From NCBI GenBank assembly GCA_013239625.1, contig MU053934.1:10393003-10457002 (forward strand): a stretch of 64,000 nucleotides of DNA. The letters run 5' to 3'. The stretch comes from Lama guanicoe. Taxonomy: Eukaryota. Numbering within the stretch: position 1 is the first letter of the stretch; each line of letters begins with the position of its first letter. The notes below the pieces were generated by a model. It was not told where the DNA came from, ran no database searches, and was given only the letters and a program-made list of their open reading frames with translations. Positions 46,879 through 59,730 of this stretch are shown here, piece after piece. A program made the position numbers and the translations under genes.

Positions 46879-49293
46879 AACTAATGAGATTCGGGGTGTG
46901 TGTGTTTACACGCCCACACCTGTTCATCTCCATAAATCGTGTCTCTCTGGGGGCAGTCAAGCTGCGTGCCTCGATACTCTCTCCAATTCACTGATTCTCT
47001 CTTTAACTGTGTTCTGCCCCAAAGGTGTTCTTTTTATCACAAATTTCATTTCAAGAACTTAAACTTTCCCCCTAGTTTTCCAATTAGTTTTTAAAACACA
47101 TGTCTATTGTTTCTTCTGCACCTTTCCCATTTTTCTGTACCTTCTTTGTGCTTTTAAAGGGACAGTCTCCCTCATTTCTTCGAGAACCCCAGACGTAATT
47201 CTTTCACGGGCTAATTGTTCCACACAGTCAGCTCCTTCCGGGGTCACTTCTTACTCTGCCGATTGACTGTGTTAGAGTTAGAACATTCTTGTGCTGAGGG
47301 TGAAAGGGGGTTTTGGGTTTTCTTCCCCCACCCCATTTTCCTTCCATCATGCTTGTCACTCATCCTGGGGCAGGTTTTCAGCCGTTCCCAGTCACGCCCC
47401 GACCCCACCCAGCTCCTGTGTGTCCCTCGCTCCCTCGTGCTGTGTCTCTCTCTGATTCTTCCTGCGTTTCTCCATCAGCTTCTGGTGGGGCTCACAGATT
47501 CTCCCCTCTTGACATTTCTCTTCTCATTTGTTCAAGCAACAAGTATTTTTGGACACCAAGTAGGTACCAACCTCTGTCCCGTGTTCTGTTTCCTCCGTTT
47601 AATGACCCGTTTTATGGAAATGAATCCTAGTTTATTGATTATTGTTTACATTAAGTAGTGTCACGAGCCCTGCTCTCACCCACAAGGAGGTGAGCGGAGC
47701 AGCCCCTGCTCTGTGCGGAGCTCTTCTCGCTTCCTTCGTGGATCACTGCGTTTTCTGCGAGCCACTGTCCTGCTGCTGCGACGCCAGCCCCTCACTCCTG
47801 AACAGCACTTTGCCACCTGCAGATGCCCTCTTGTCAGTCAGCTCAGTTACCCTCTTCATCAGCTGCGGTGGGAGGTGGACGGGGGCAGACTGTTCTCCAG
47901 GGGACACCTGAGGCTCGGACAGCTAGGTCTGTCCCGGGGCCACCCTGCCAGTAAGCAGAGCAGAGCCACAGCTCAGACCCTCTCACCTACACACCTGCAT
48001 CGGATCCCCCGGATAGGACTCAGAACAGCGCCTGGGCAGGCGTCACGTCTGTCCTCGTCTCTGTCACTGGACGTAGCACACGCCTGGGCATGTGGTGTAT
48101 TTACATAAACGAGTGTTTGGTGAAGGAGCCGAGGAGAGAGTGGGCTCCGTGTGTCTCCGGCCAGGGCGGTGGCCGAGTCCCTCCTGCAGCGTCCTGTGCC
48201 CTTGCCGGCCCCCAGGGGCGTGTGGGGGAGGACGCCCGCGGGGCCCCGGGGAGACAGGCGCCCACAGAAGCGGCGAGGGGGGCGCGCTGCTCCCGGCCCC
48301 TGCCCCCCAGCGGCAGGGCCGGGGCCCCAGCCGCAGCAGCGGGCTTGCAGGACCAGCCGCGCTGGAACAGCTCAGTCGGCGTCGATTCGCACCGCCGCGC
48401 TGCCTGACGGCAGGCGCGGTAGCACTTAGATCGCAGTATTTTCTGTAATTACTTAAAAATGACAATGCACATTGAGTCGGTGATAAATCAGAGGCAATTT
48501 AAATAATGCCATCAGGAGTCAAGGAGCATAAATTCTGTGGGTTCCATCCCAGCCAAGCAGCCGTTGCTTCAAAGGGTGGGCAGTGTCTTGACACTCGGGG
48601 CCCCTGGGGAGGGGCCTCTGGGGAGGGGCCAGGGCCCCGGGCTCACGCCTCAGCCTGTGTGTCCTGTGGTCCCGACCTGGCCGCTCTGGGCGCCGTGGAC
48701 AAGCCTGGAGCGCAGACCATGCCCGGGGCACGGAGGGGGCCAGGCTGGTGCTGCAGGATGTCTGTGCCCCTGGGTGGCCCTGGGCGGCCCTGGGCGGCCC
48801 TGGGCGAGGGGGAGGGGGCTCTGCCGGGTGATCTGTGACACCTGAAGGTGGCCGCCACCTGAGCCTCTGGCCCGAGGCCCAGGCTGTCCCCGCGTCTCCC
48901 CTGCTCGCCCCTGCACAGGCGCAGGCAACCTCAGCCCTGGGGCCCCCTCCAAGGAGAGTTCGATTTCTCCAGAAGCTTGGAGGGGCACCACACGGGCTCT
49001 GGCCCCCGGCCCCTGCAGCCTTGCTCAGGGTGTGGGGAGGCGACAGTTTTGGGCTGAATGGGTCTGATCCCAGCCGTTGGTGGGGAGAAAAGAGGTGCAG
49101 TGTTGAGCTCCGGTCGTGAGATGGGAGCCCGCTGGCCGCTCCTTTATGGCTTTAATTAAGCCATTTGCTTGCAAAGAACAGAAGCAAACCCAGGGCACCA
49201 CCAACAGGAAACGGGGGCTGGTTATGGGAATTCTCAAGTGTCTTGTGTGATGCGGTGGCGCGGCCTGGACCCTGGGAGGGGGAAGGTCCCACA

Positions 49294-49405
49294 AGGGTCA
49301 TATGAGGGTCAGACCAGGGTCAGATCAGGGTCAGACCAGGGTCAGATCAGGGTTAGTCAGATGAGGGTCAGAGCAGGGTCAGATGAGGGTCAGAGCAGGG
49401 TCAGA
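49294..49405. repeat. 11-bp tandem repeat (AGGGTCAGAnn), ~10 copies
   Basis: GGGTCA at 49295, 49306, 49317, 49328, 49339, 49365, 49376, 49387 and 49398; GGGTTA at 49350. Confidence 0.95.
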
Positions 49406-50859
49406 TCTGGAGAAGCACCTGAGTCTCCCCCCGCTTTCTCTCTGCTCTTGGTGTGTACACCGCTTGGCTTCCACCCCCCTCTTTCTAGGGATGGGCCCCT
49501 GCTCCACGGAGCCTCCTGCAGCTCCCGACCTGCGGGCACAAGTGCAGCCCCTGGAAGGCACGGGTTTTCTTGGGCCCAGTTCCACTTTCCCGGGGAGGGT
49601 GGGGGGTGGGGGGCCCACCCCAGTTCCATCAGAGTGGTGAGGCATTTACAGAACGACTGCCTTTGTCCCGTTGGTAGGGACCAGCTGTCGTCCCCGGGGG
49701 TGCTAGGACCTGGCACCCGCTCTCAAGGGTGCTGTCTGCAACGACGCCACTGGACTGTGTTGCCCAGAGCGTGTAAGCCGGCTTTCTGACGGGCGTCACC
49801 AGTGGAGACAGAGACCTAACTGCGCCGGTGGTAAGACAACATAGAAGACCCCAGCGGGATTTGAACCCACAGGTGCTGGATCCAGGGAACACGGTCTGTC
49901 TGCCACAGAGGCCCACCTCCCTCCGTGCCGCTCTGAGCTCTTGTTGGAGGACGCGGCACAAGCAAAGGGCCTGGGGCAGGCAGGCTGGCCCAGGAGGCCA
50001 GCTTTGGCATCTCCAAGGGGTCTCCTGGGGTGTTTCCCTTCCAGGCTGCTTAGGTGGGGATGGCTCCTTGTCCTGCTGGAGGGACTATGAGAGTCCCCAA
50101 GACAGCGTCCCTGGTAAAAACGTTCAGCACGGGGAACAGGATGGGGTGGGGGCTGGTGTGTCCCCTCTGCCTCGATGCAGACAGGCTCCCAGAGTAAGAC
50201 TGTGAAATTCAATAATGAACAAACTAGGAATTTGTTTAATTTTTATACCAGAGAACCCAGATAGTCTTCCCCTGTCCATCCTTCTGGCCCAGCGGCTGGG
50301 ACGCTTGCCATGTAGATGCTCCTAGGACTCAGAGGCTTCACCCAAGGTGCTTCAAGGCCAAGTCTGCAAGACGCCAAGTCAAGAACGTTTATAATCCCCT
50401 TCAATCATCCAGATTAGTGCTTTCCATTCTCCCCCCAAACTTTTGGAGGTTTCGCTCAGGTCTCCGTCCCCCTCATGGTACCTGCCCCTCCACCCATGCC
50501 TCTGAAGCAGCATCACTGAAAAGGAGCAAATAGAAGGCTTAATGGCCCTCAAAATCAAGGTCAATTTTCTTCTTTCTAAATAACTTGGGAATTGCTTCCC
50601 CTGCAGTGTTCAAATTTTCTAAGTTCCTTGATAGTCTAAAAACATGAAACTGACTCTGATTTTGAATCAAGCTGGTCGGTCTTGAAAAGAGAACAGCTGT
50701 GCCCCAAATTGAGAAGTAACACGGTCTGGAGCTAAGAGCGGGGAGAGCCTGACCGCAGAGACGCCTCCCGTCTCCTGGGACCAGGACCCCCCACCCCGAC
50801 CTCACCCCCAAGTGTGTTCGGGGTTGGAGGGATGCATATTCGAGTGGCAACTCTGCCCC

Positions 50860-51000
50860 GTGCTGTGTGCTCCTCGGTGAACGACTTCACATTCTAAGTC
50901 TTGGTTTTCTCATTAACCAATGAAAAAGGATCTATTCAGGCTCCGTCAGAGGACGGTAGGAACAAAATGAAATAACCTGTGCGAAATAGCTTCACGCCTT
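50860..51000 (+). mobile_element. Degenerate MIR
   Basis: tgctgtgtgctcctcggtgaacgacttcacattctaagtcttggttttctcat...aaatgaaataacctgtg. Confidence 0.5.
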
Positions 51001-52334
51001 TGAAAACCCTCTGTGAATGTCCTCACCTTATTAATGACACTAATAATTACAACTGCTATTTGTTCTTCTAGCAGACATTTATTTGGACCCTACTGTGTAC
51101 AAATTCCCTGTGCCAGATGCAGGAGGAGGAATGGGGTTGGAATTGTCTCCTTGCAAAAAGATTCATAGTGTTTTTCTTGCAGGCTTGTTCTCCTGGAAAC
51201 AAAATCACTATGCAGTACCTGGGACATTATAATAATACATTTTAATGAAAACTTAATTAATTTGAAATGATTGCTTTGTTGTAAGTAGAGGGAAAGAAAA
51301 ATCATTAAAAATTGGCAAATGGGAGAGAAAAATGCTTTTATATAAGTACATGGGAGACGCATTTCGATGCAATGAATATTTCTAAAATAAGAAAACATAA
51401 AACTTGAGGTTTGCAAAGTTATTTCCTTAATTTGCAGGGCTGTTTCAACTTGTTCCCTGATAAAAATAAAAGAACCCTCCTCTGCGGCTTGTGCAAGTGA
51501 ATGCGGAGTCAGTGGAAGCTTCTTTCTCTTTTAAACTGTTTTCCAGCGGGATTTAGCAACGTGGGTTCATCTGGGGCTTTGAGTGTTTATTTGGTTTGGT
51601 CCCTGTCGTTCCTGTGGAAAAACACAAGCCCCAGCACCAGAAGCTCAGCCAGGACCCCTCAGCCTGCGCGGACCACGTCCCAGGCGCGCCGCCCGCTGGG
51701 TCCCATCGCTGCTCAGGCGTCTTCAGGGCCTCCGGACGCCTTCTGGGTCCAGGGGAGGTGGCAAGAGGGGCTCCTTGATGAGAAAAAGCAGGGCTGAGCT
51801 CTAGTCCTGACTCCATCATTCATAATCCTCGTATCCCAAGCAGGTCCCAGGCCCAACGGAGCCTAAGATCTCCCGTCTCTAAAATGGGAGAGTCCACATC
51901 CAGCTCTGACACTGCCGCCCAAGCTCTGTTCCCAGCACTGTGTGGCATTCGCCGTATTTGAAGAGTGAGGGAGTGACCCTTCAAGGTCAGATGGTCTGAT
52001 GCCCAGTCTCCCCTCCCAACCAGGTTTTCAGGGTCCTTTACATCACCCCCATCCACCTCTCTTCTGTTGGGTCCAGAGCTGTGCTGGTCAGTATTTAATG
52101 GCTACTCGATGGAAAGAAAGCCTCGAGCTATGGTGTTTGTCAGTTTTCGTGGTGCAGACACTCCACGGTGGCTCATTTCAGGCCACCCACGTGACGCCAC
52201 TGAATGCTGAGTTGGGAAGAGATGCTTATAACCTTGAGCCGTGCAGGCCTGTCCCAGCCCACCACTGGCTGGGCGTCTTCCAGTGCAGGGGGGCTCGCTC
52301 ACTGCTGGCTAAACGCAGAAGTGGGTCAGATGAC

Positions 52335-52525
52335 GTTAGCTAACAGTCCTTGTGTGCTCTTGGGGAGCCGGGCTCCCTGCTCAGTACTTTTTACGTAGAT
52401 TGTCTCATGTGATCGTCAACCCAGTCCTAGGAGCCAATCCCTTGGTGCAGAGGCTTACGTAACCCGCCCAAGGTCATGCAGCCCGGAGGAGGTGCGTCCG
52501 AAGGAACTTCGGGTGTCTGAGTCCG
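52335..52525 (-). mobile_element. Degenerate MIR
   Basis: tagctaacagtccttgtgtgct...cagaggcttacgtaacccgcccaaggtcatgcagc. Confidence 0.55.
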
Positions 52526-53408
52526 CAGCCCAGGATTCCAGCAGCATCCTCCCCCCCGATTTCAGCCTTGGTGCTTTCTGCTGCTAACCATCTTTCCAGC
52601 CTGCCGGAAAATGCCTTGAAACATCACACATGTCCATTTACACTGGGTTCCTTTATTTTGAAGTCATTTATCAAATCTCCTCACGATGACCACGCATCTC
52701 TTTAATGCACCTGACCCATTCATACACTTGTCTGCAAGCCCGCTTTGACGGTGCTCTCACGTGGAGGACCCTCAGATGCACGCCGTTAAGTCCTTTCTTT
52801 CTGTTTTGTTTTGGGATGATCCCATTAACAGGCTGGAGTGCTGACATATGGATCTTATGTAAAAAAAGTGACTTTGGAACAGCTTTTCTGTGATTAGGGA
52901 AAGAAACAGCCTTAAGTAAGGGAGCTATTTGGAGCAGAGAGGCTTTTAATTAGGATGATATTCTGGTGCTGAGTGACAGGGTGGCTCTTGAGGAACAGAA
53001 GTCAGGACAGCTTTCCTGGGAAGGTCATTGGCGTACAGCAGCCCTCCAAGCTGAGTTTTCAGGGAGTCCAGCCCTCCACCCAAACCGGCAGAGGCAGGAT
53101 CCCTTTCCCAGCTGAGCCCAGTCCAAAGTGGCGTGGACCACGAGCAGTGACCCTGGGAGCCAGGCCACCTGCCGTCAACACTGGGCCCCTCGTCCTCGCC
53201 AGCCGCAGCAGTAGCTGTGTAGGGTCAGAGTTGATGGATAACGCTCCCTGGCCCCGGACAGACTGCCCCAGGGAGCTGGCCGTCTCATGCCACTGAACCC
53301 AGTCTTGAATGAACGCAGGATACGGAAACTCAGATTTGCAGTGACGTCCGTGGAGCTGAGATCAACCCCCGAATGGCTAGCATAGTCAACCAGAAGCAAG
53401 TGACGGCA

Positions 53409-53556
53409 GGTGGAGAGGGGAGCGCTCCGGGGTGGAGCACGTGCTCAGCATGCACCAGGTCCTGGGTTCAGCCCCCAATCCCTCCACTAAAAAATGAATA
53501 AATAAACCTGATTGCCTCCCCTGTCCAAAAAAAACTGATGAAATATAATTAAAAAT
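53409..53556 (+). mobile_element. tRNA-derived SINE of camelid type, full length with TSD
   Basis: gtggagcacgtgctcagcatgcaccaggtcctgggttcagcccc...aataaataaacctgattgcctcccc. TSD aagcaagtgacggca (53394-53408) / aaacaagtgatggca (53557-53571). Confidence 0.9.
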
Positions 53557-55484
53557 AAACAAGTGATGGCATTTGTATAAAGGCAGTAAGTACTCATTTA
53601 AAAACAATTCAAGCCGTGTATAAGGAAGAAAGCACCAAATGACCTAGAGCCCTCCTGCTCAGAGACGACCTGCGGTCAGGCACCTTCCCGGGCGTCCGCC
53701 GTTCCGGACACACAGCCCCGCATGCAGCGGCACACGCCACGGCGCCGTGTTGCACTTCTTGTGCTCGTGGACCCTGAGGGCCGGGAACTGGGACTGGGGT
53801 GTGTCCCTGCGGCTTCAGCTGGGAAGACCCATGGCTGGGGCGGCCGGGTCCGTGGAGGGGGCGCCCCCAAGAAGGGACCTGCAGAGTGAGTGTTCCCAGA
53901 GAGCACAGCACAGCGGCGAGCCTCTTCTGGCCCACCCCCTGCCCCAGTCACACTGTGTCCTCCCCATCACGAGTGTGTCCCTGAGGCCAAATCCAAGAGG
54001 AGGGGGATTAGGGCCACCTCCTGATGAGAGAACAAGGTTGCACTGCCCAGAGTGTCGGGAAGGAAGACATCACTGTCACCATCTTTGAAAACTGCGCTCT
54101 CCCTCAGGTGACCGTGGCGTGGACACAGGGGAGTGGACGGCAGGGGGTAGGGGAGGCGGCAGCCCCTGTAGCAGGTGCAGAATCTACAAAGGCAGGCTCG
54201 TAGGCGTACTGTTGTAAGAGCGGCATTATTTAGTCATGCTTTCAAAACATACAAATTCATAAATTTAACTCCATTTGCATTTAACAGACCAAAGAGAAAC
54301 TGATACAAAACAGAAAGACTTCCTGAACCTTCAGATCATTTTTCAAACCGCAAGAGATTTTAGTTCCTAAATGATCTAAGAATAGGAAATAAATTATAAA
54401 AACCGTGAAAAGCCCGGAGTCATTATTTTTTAAGACACATTTCTCTGGCAATTTTAGACAGTGAGGACTCACGGCTGGAAAAAAATGCAACGATTCTAGT
54501 ATTTGCACTTCTGCTTGCTCTCCCCCACCCATCGCCCAAGTTTTGTCGCTCGTTTTATTTTTATTTTGTCAGAGTTTATGACGTCACCATCCTAGTGCAA
54601 ACGTGCTCCTCGAGTTGCTTAAAAGCCTTAGTTACGTGTGGATGCGGACGCAGGCTCAGCTTTCGATGCCCGTGCGCGTGCATCTGTCCGTGCTCATGGG
54701 TGGCTCCCCCTCCCCCCCTGCTCCCCGTGGCTCCCTCACTCCCAGTTTCTTTTCTTGCTTCATCTCCTGCCCGGATGCATTTGATGTGAGTGATTTTTAT
54801 CAAGAAGTGCTCATAGGGGCTTTAGTTTCCAAAGTCTTTCATGTTGGAAAATGTCTGCAGGCTGCCTTTGACCTGCTCCTGCCTCCGCCGGGGCAAGCTG
54901 CCCCTGGGCTGCACACACGTCTGCCCTCAGGGTGTGGGGCGCCCCTTCTCCAGCCCTGGAAGTTACTTCCGTGCCCCTTGTGGCAGCCTGAGTCCCGGAG
55001 GGCCGCTCACCTGCCCTCTCTCCTGGCTGCACTTCGAGGGCGGGTGCTGCTTTCCAGCGGGGCTCTGAGGGCTGAGGACGCTGGCGGTGGTGGAGGCGTG
55101 GTGGGTGGACCAGAGTGTGGTCCATGGGCCCCATCCCGAGGGTCTCGGCCCTGTCCCTCCTTGGCTCAGCGCCCTTCCTCCCTGAGCTGGCCCCTCTCTC
55201 CGCGAGCCGTGGTCTCTGCCTCTGTCCTCGGTGCTGCTTCTGGGGCTGGGCACCCGGAGGCTGGGGCTGGAAGTGTCTGGGGCCAGGAGCTGAGCTCTAG
55301 GCGTCGCACAGTCCGCCCCAGCTTGCAAAGGACAAATTCATATGAGACCAAATGGAATTTGGGACCATGGCTCCCAGCTCTGCCTGGGGTGGGTGATGTG
55401 GGCCTCCTGGGGTCCTCAGGGCAGGGTGGAGGCTGAGGCAGGACAGGCTTAGAGGTTCACCATCCTCTCTACACCTTACCATGC

Positions 55485-55645
55485 CTTTGGGGTGAGTTTA
55501 ATACTTCATGCTTCTCTGTGCCTCCGTTTCCCCCTTTGGTAAGATGGGAACCTTCACAATCCCCACCTCGAAGGCTGGTGTGGGCATGGATGCGTGGTTA
55601 CGTGTGGAACAGTGGGCACAGAGGTGGGCCTGTGAAATGTGGGCT
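55485..55645 (+). mobile_element. MIR fragment
   Basis: cttctctgtgcctccgtttcccctttggtaagatggg...ccacctcgaaggctggtgtg. Confidence 0.6.
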
Positions 55646-57530
55646 CCCATCTCCAGCAGGCCAGCGTCATGGTTACCGTGTCCGGGTTTGGAAGCACCAT
55701 CACTCACATGGTTACCCTGGTGCCCGGCCCTGGGACCCTGCTGCCCCGGGGGGCCCTGTAGTGGTGGCTCCCTCCCTGCTCCTCCTTCATCCTCTTTCTG
55801 GTCTGAACTCTGAGTGGGCCTCTCAGTCCCTCCTCTCCTGGGGCCTCTCCCCCCAGCTGGACCCCAGTGTCAGCTGCGCTCCCACGCGGCTCCCAGCCCC
55901 GCGCCTCTCCCTGAGCTGCGCCCTGCTGGCACCTTTGGTCTTAAACACGCACCCAGGGCAGCTGCGCGTTGGCCTTTACTCACATGCTGCCCGTCGAGGC
56001 CCTCGCTTTTTCTACGGTGTTTGCAGGGTTAAATGATGCTCAGGGCCCAGGTCCCATTTTCCCCCCATCAGCTGCCTTATTGCTGTTTTAAATGATTTTT
56101 TACTAAACGTCTCTAACCAGCTGCCCATAAAATAATGGAAGGGAAAGTATTCTCATTAAAGAGGAGTTTATCTGGGTTGTAAACGCGGGGCCACTTAGTG
56201 TATTCTAAATGCTGTGGCGGGTGTGTCGACCGTTGCTGATGGACAGAGTGTGTGGTCAGGGCTCCGTGACACCAGGGCCACTGGAGGGGACAGTCCTGGG
56301 GCTGCCCCGCCTGGGCTCTAGTCTCTGTGCAGCTGCCTTCTGCCCACAGGCTCACGACCACCTGCCCACGGAAGCCCCTGCTGCGCACCGCCCCCCCAGC
56401 ACCTGCCCTTCTGCTCACACCACCCCGCCCGCTGGGGATCCGACAGGAGGCGCCTGGAACCAGGGAGGCTCGACTTGAGGGCTGGGATGTTGGGGGCCGG
56501 GTGACGGGCCTCAGGGGCACCAGGCAGGCCGCCTGCTGTGGCGTCACTGCCAAGAGCACAGGCTCGCAGACAGACAGACAGACAGACAGAGGTGAGTTGA
56601 AGCGTGTGTGCTGTGTCTCGAGCTGCGGCCCCCGGGGAGACACTAACCTCTGTAAATCGTATTAAACTTCCTTTGTGCAAAGGAGGGAATCACCGCTTCC
56701 GTACCAGGGTCTGCAAAGTACCCCAGTCAGGCCTCGGAACATGGGGCTTCTGCCCCCAACCCCCCACAGCCCGTTCTGCCTGTGTCTGCCCCACCCACAC
56801 CCCACCAGCCGGCACACACAGGCACGGGCTGTGCTCCCGGCCAGGTCTGATGTTGGCTTCTGGAATGTTCTCCATGTGCAGGACACAGCGCCTGTCAGCA
56901 AGGAGCTCACGGCCTCCGGGGGTTGGTGCACCCCAGGGGGAGCGGGGCCAGAGCTCACGGGGGGAGCGGGGCACGGGCAGCTGGTAAGGTGAGCATGTGT
57001 TGTCTGTCAGGTCCTTGCCGAGCAGGGCTGAGCCCATGGAGGGGGCCACAGAGCATGTCCCTGTGACACCCCCGGGGGGGGGGGCAGGGAGCTTCTGGTT
57101 AAGGGTTTCCAACCTGGAGCACTGGGGGGGGTCCCTCAGTGGCATCAGTTGGGAAGCCATCCATCCATTCATTCAACACTCAGGGACTCCCTCCTGGACC
57201 AGCCCGACTTCCACACTCAGAGGCCACAAGAGTAGACAGAAGGGGATGCTGCCTGGAGTCGGGGGCCTCAGGGCGCCCCGGCGAAGTCCCAGCTGCCTGT
57301 GACTCCAGCGCCCAGGGGCGGTCCCGCTTGGTCCTGGTTTCCCTCCGGCTGGGTGCCCAGGGCTTGGACGTGGCCTGCTTGCCTTTGCTCACAGTCAGAG
57401 CTGCCACAGCTCTCAGCACGTGAACTTGAGATTCCTGTGGGTGTCCACTCCCTCCTTCCTGCCTGCGGCGCCTCCAATCAGGAGTGGGTTTCGTGTGGCT
57501 GTCGGCAGATCTTGCCTTGAGAAGTCTCAG

Positions 57531-58009
57531 TGTGAGACAGGAGGGGACATGGGGCCTGGGGCCTGGGGCCCTTTACCGCAGAGCTTACAGGGGACAAACG
57601 TCTCCTCCGGCAGCAGAACAGAAAGAAACAAAAGGGACGGAAAATAACTGCATGTGTGAGCAGCTGGGGTGAGTTATGAACAAGATACAAAAAGACCAAA
57701 AACCCAGCCGCCACTTCTGAGATGCCAGGAGCAAAAGCAGGTCCCACACGTGACCCCTGCACGTGGCCCCACCACGGGGCAGGCAGACCTCCAGAGCCAC
57801 CCCTCACCCGACCCCTGGATCTGTCCCCACCCTCACCCCATTTAAGGGGCCAGCTCACTGCTCCCTGGGGAGCGAGCAAGGGAACCTGTGACTCAGTTTT
57901 GCTTCCTCCTGCTGCAGCACGAGTCCTGGGAAAGCCTTGCCTGACTTCCTCATCTGGCCTCTGATCAATTTCTATTGATTAAGGAGGCCAAGGACCTGGT
58001 TTGGTGACA
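57531..58009 (+). mobile_element. ERV1-type solo LTR (MER4/MER41-group-like, artiodactyl)
   Basis: TG...CA ends; aataactgcatgtgtgagcag, TATA-like catttaag, and 3' end atcaatttctattgattaaggaggccaaggacc. Confidence 0.7.
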
Positions 58010-58407
58010 CTAACGCCGTCCCACTGAGGGCTAGGGCTTCCACATGGGGGTTGGGGAGGACACAAGCACGAGCCCACAACCTCTCCATCTGGCCACTCTT
58101 CCATGTGGGCGAGGACAGGCAGGAACCTCCTCTAGACAAGGTCAGCTCTGTGCCTCGGTCCCTAATGGCCGCAGGCGGTGCTTAGCGGCCCTGACGCAGG
58201 TGGGGTGGCCCTCAGATCTCCCAGGACCACGTCACGGGGTGGGCTAACGCCCTGGCTCCTGCCCCCCCTCTTAACCCCGCCACACGTTTTGCGATCCCGG
58301 GGGAGGGCTGCTGGTCATCCTAGAAGCCCTGAGCTCTGGAAGCTTCTCCCTCGTTCTGGATGAACCCAGCCAATTCTGGCCTTTCCTTTTGCAAAAGAAA
58401 GAAAATA

Positions 58408-58500
58408 TTAACTCTGAGTTTCTCATCTATCGAATCAGGATCAGAATATCTGACCCACAGCACGGCTGTGAGGGTTAAGCTAGGGCAGCCCCCGTGAGGC
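58408..58500 (+). mobile_element. MIR fragment
   Basis: ctctgagtttctcatctatcgaatcagga...ggctgtgagggttaa. Confidence 0.5.
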
Positions 58501-59730
58501 TGCGGCACGCACTTGACCAGCTTTGCCACCTTGGCTGGCGCTGTCACCGTGCCACCGGCATTGCCTCTGTGTTTTTATGACTTACAGTCAACATGGCAAA
58601 CTGAACTGATACAGGATGCCTCGCCTGCTTCAAACATGCAGCAATGACGGATAGAGTATAAGAGGAAACTGTAAATGCATGTGGACCTTGGAAGCAAGGG
58701 ACATCCTCGGGGACCAGGAGTAGGCGGGGTTCGGGACTAGCGTAGGGGTGCGGGTTTCAGGGCAGAGTCGGGAGTAGGGGTGGGGAGGGCTGGACTGGGC
58801 CCCCTTCACAAAGCCAGGGTCTGACGAAGGCTGTCGCTTCTGGGAATGAGACAACCGAGTGAGTACCCGCTCTGAGCTGTGGGTTCCTGTTCTGTGAGGC
58901 CAACCCTGGATGCATAGAGCTCTTATTTATACCACACAGGCCTTGAGGTGAGAGGTCAGGGCTGGGTCTGGGAAAAATGCATCTGGAATGGGTCGAAGCC
59001 ACTTGTTCCAAAGAACACAAGCCCCAGACAGCTGCACAGCGGTGCTCCCACCACCTAGGGTGCTCAGGATGCCCCCGGACAACAATTCTCACGCAAGACG
59101 CACTCAGAGAGAAGAGTACAGAGACCACACAGCACACACTCAAATTCGCGTCCCAGAACTACAGATGACGGAACAGTCTGAGATTTAAAAATAAACATGT
59201 TCAAGTTTTTCAGCAAGATGAAGGAACGGACGGCATAGGCAGAATTAGGGCATGGGGAAGAATTAAACAGGTGTTTAAAAAGAGAGGAATCGCAGGGAAG
59301 TTCTAAGGATGGAAAAACGGGATCCTGGGAAGGAGAAAGAGCTCTGACGGCCTCTAGTCCCACTCCTAGGGCCGTTGTCTTCAGCATATAGAACGTGAGC
59401 TGGTTCCAGCCTTTGGAAATAGGATAAGAAAGCAAAAGATATGGCCAAGCTGCCATCTGCCATCTCCATTGTGGGTTTACAATCTCCCGAGGGAGACAGG
59501 CCTGGGGAAACAAAAATAACGTGGAGCGTTTATTCATAGTTCCCTCTGTCCAGGAACGGAGCCGAGCCTTCCACGGGCACCCGCCCAGTTAACTCTGACA
59601 GCCCTTCCAGGGAGTCGGCTATCGGCCCCGCTACAGTGAGGAGGCTGAGACCTGGGGAGGCAGGGGACTGTGCTGTCCCAGCCCTTGGACTGAGCCTGGG
59701 TCTGAGGACTGCACGGCCACCTTGCGTCGT

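Noticed and set aside
54603..55436. 277-aa plus-strand ORF
   Set aside because: Non-ATG start, GC-driven composition, no domain similarity recognised.
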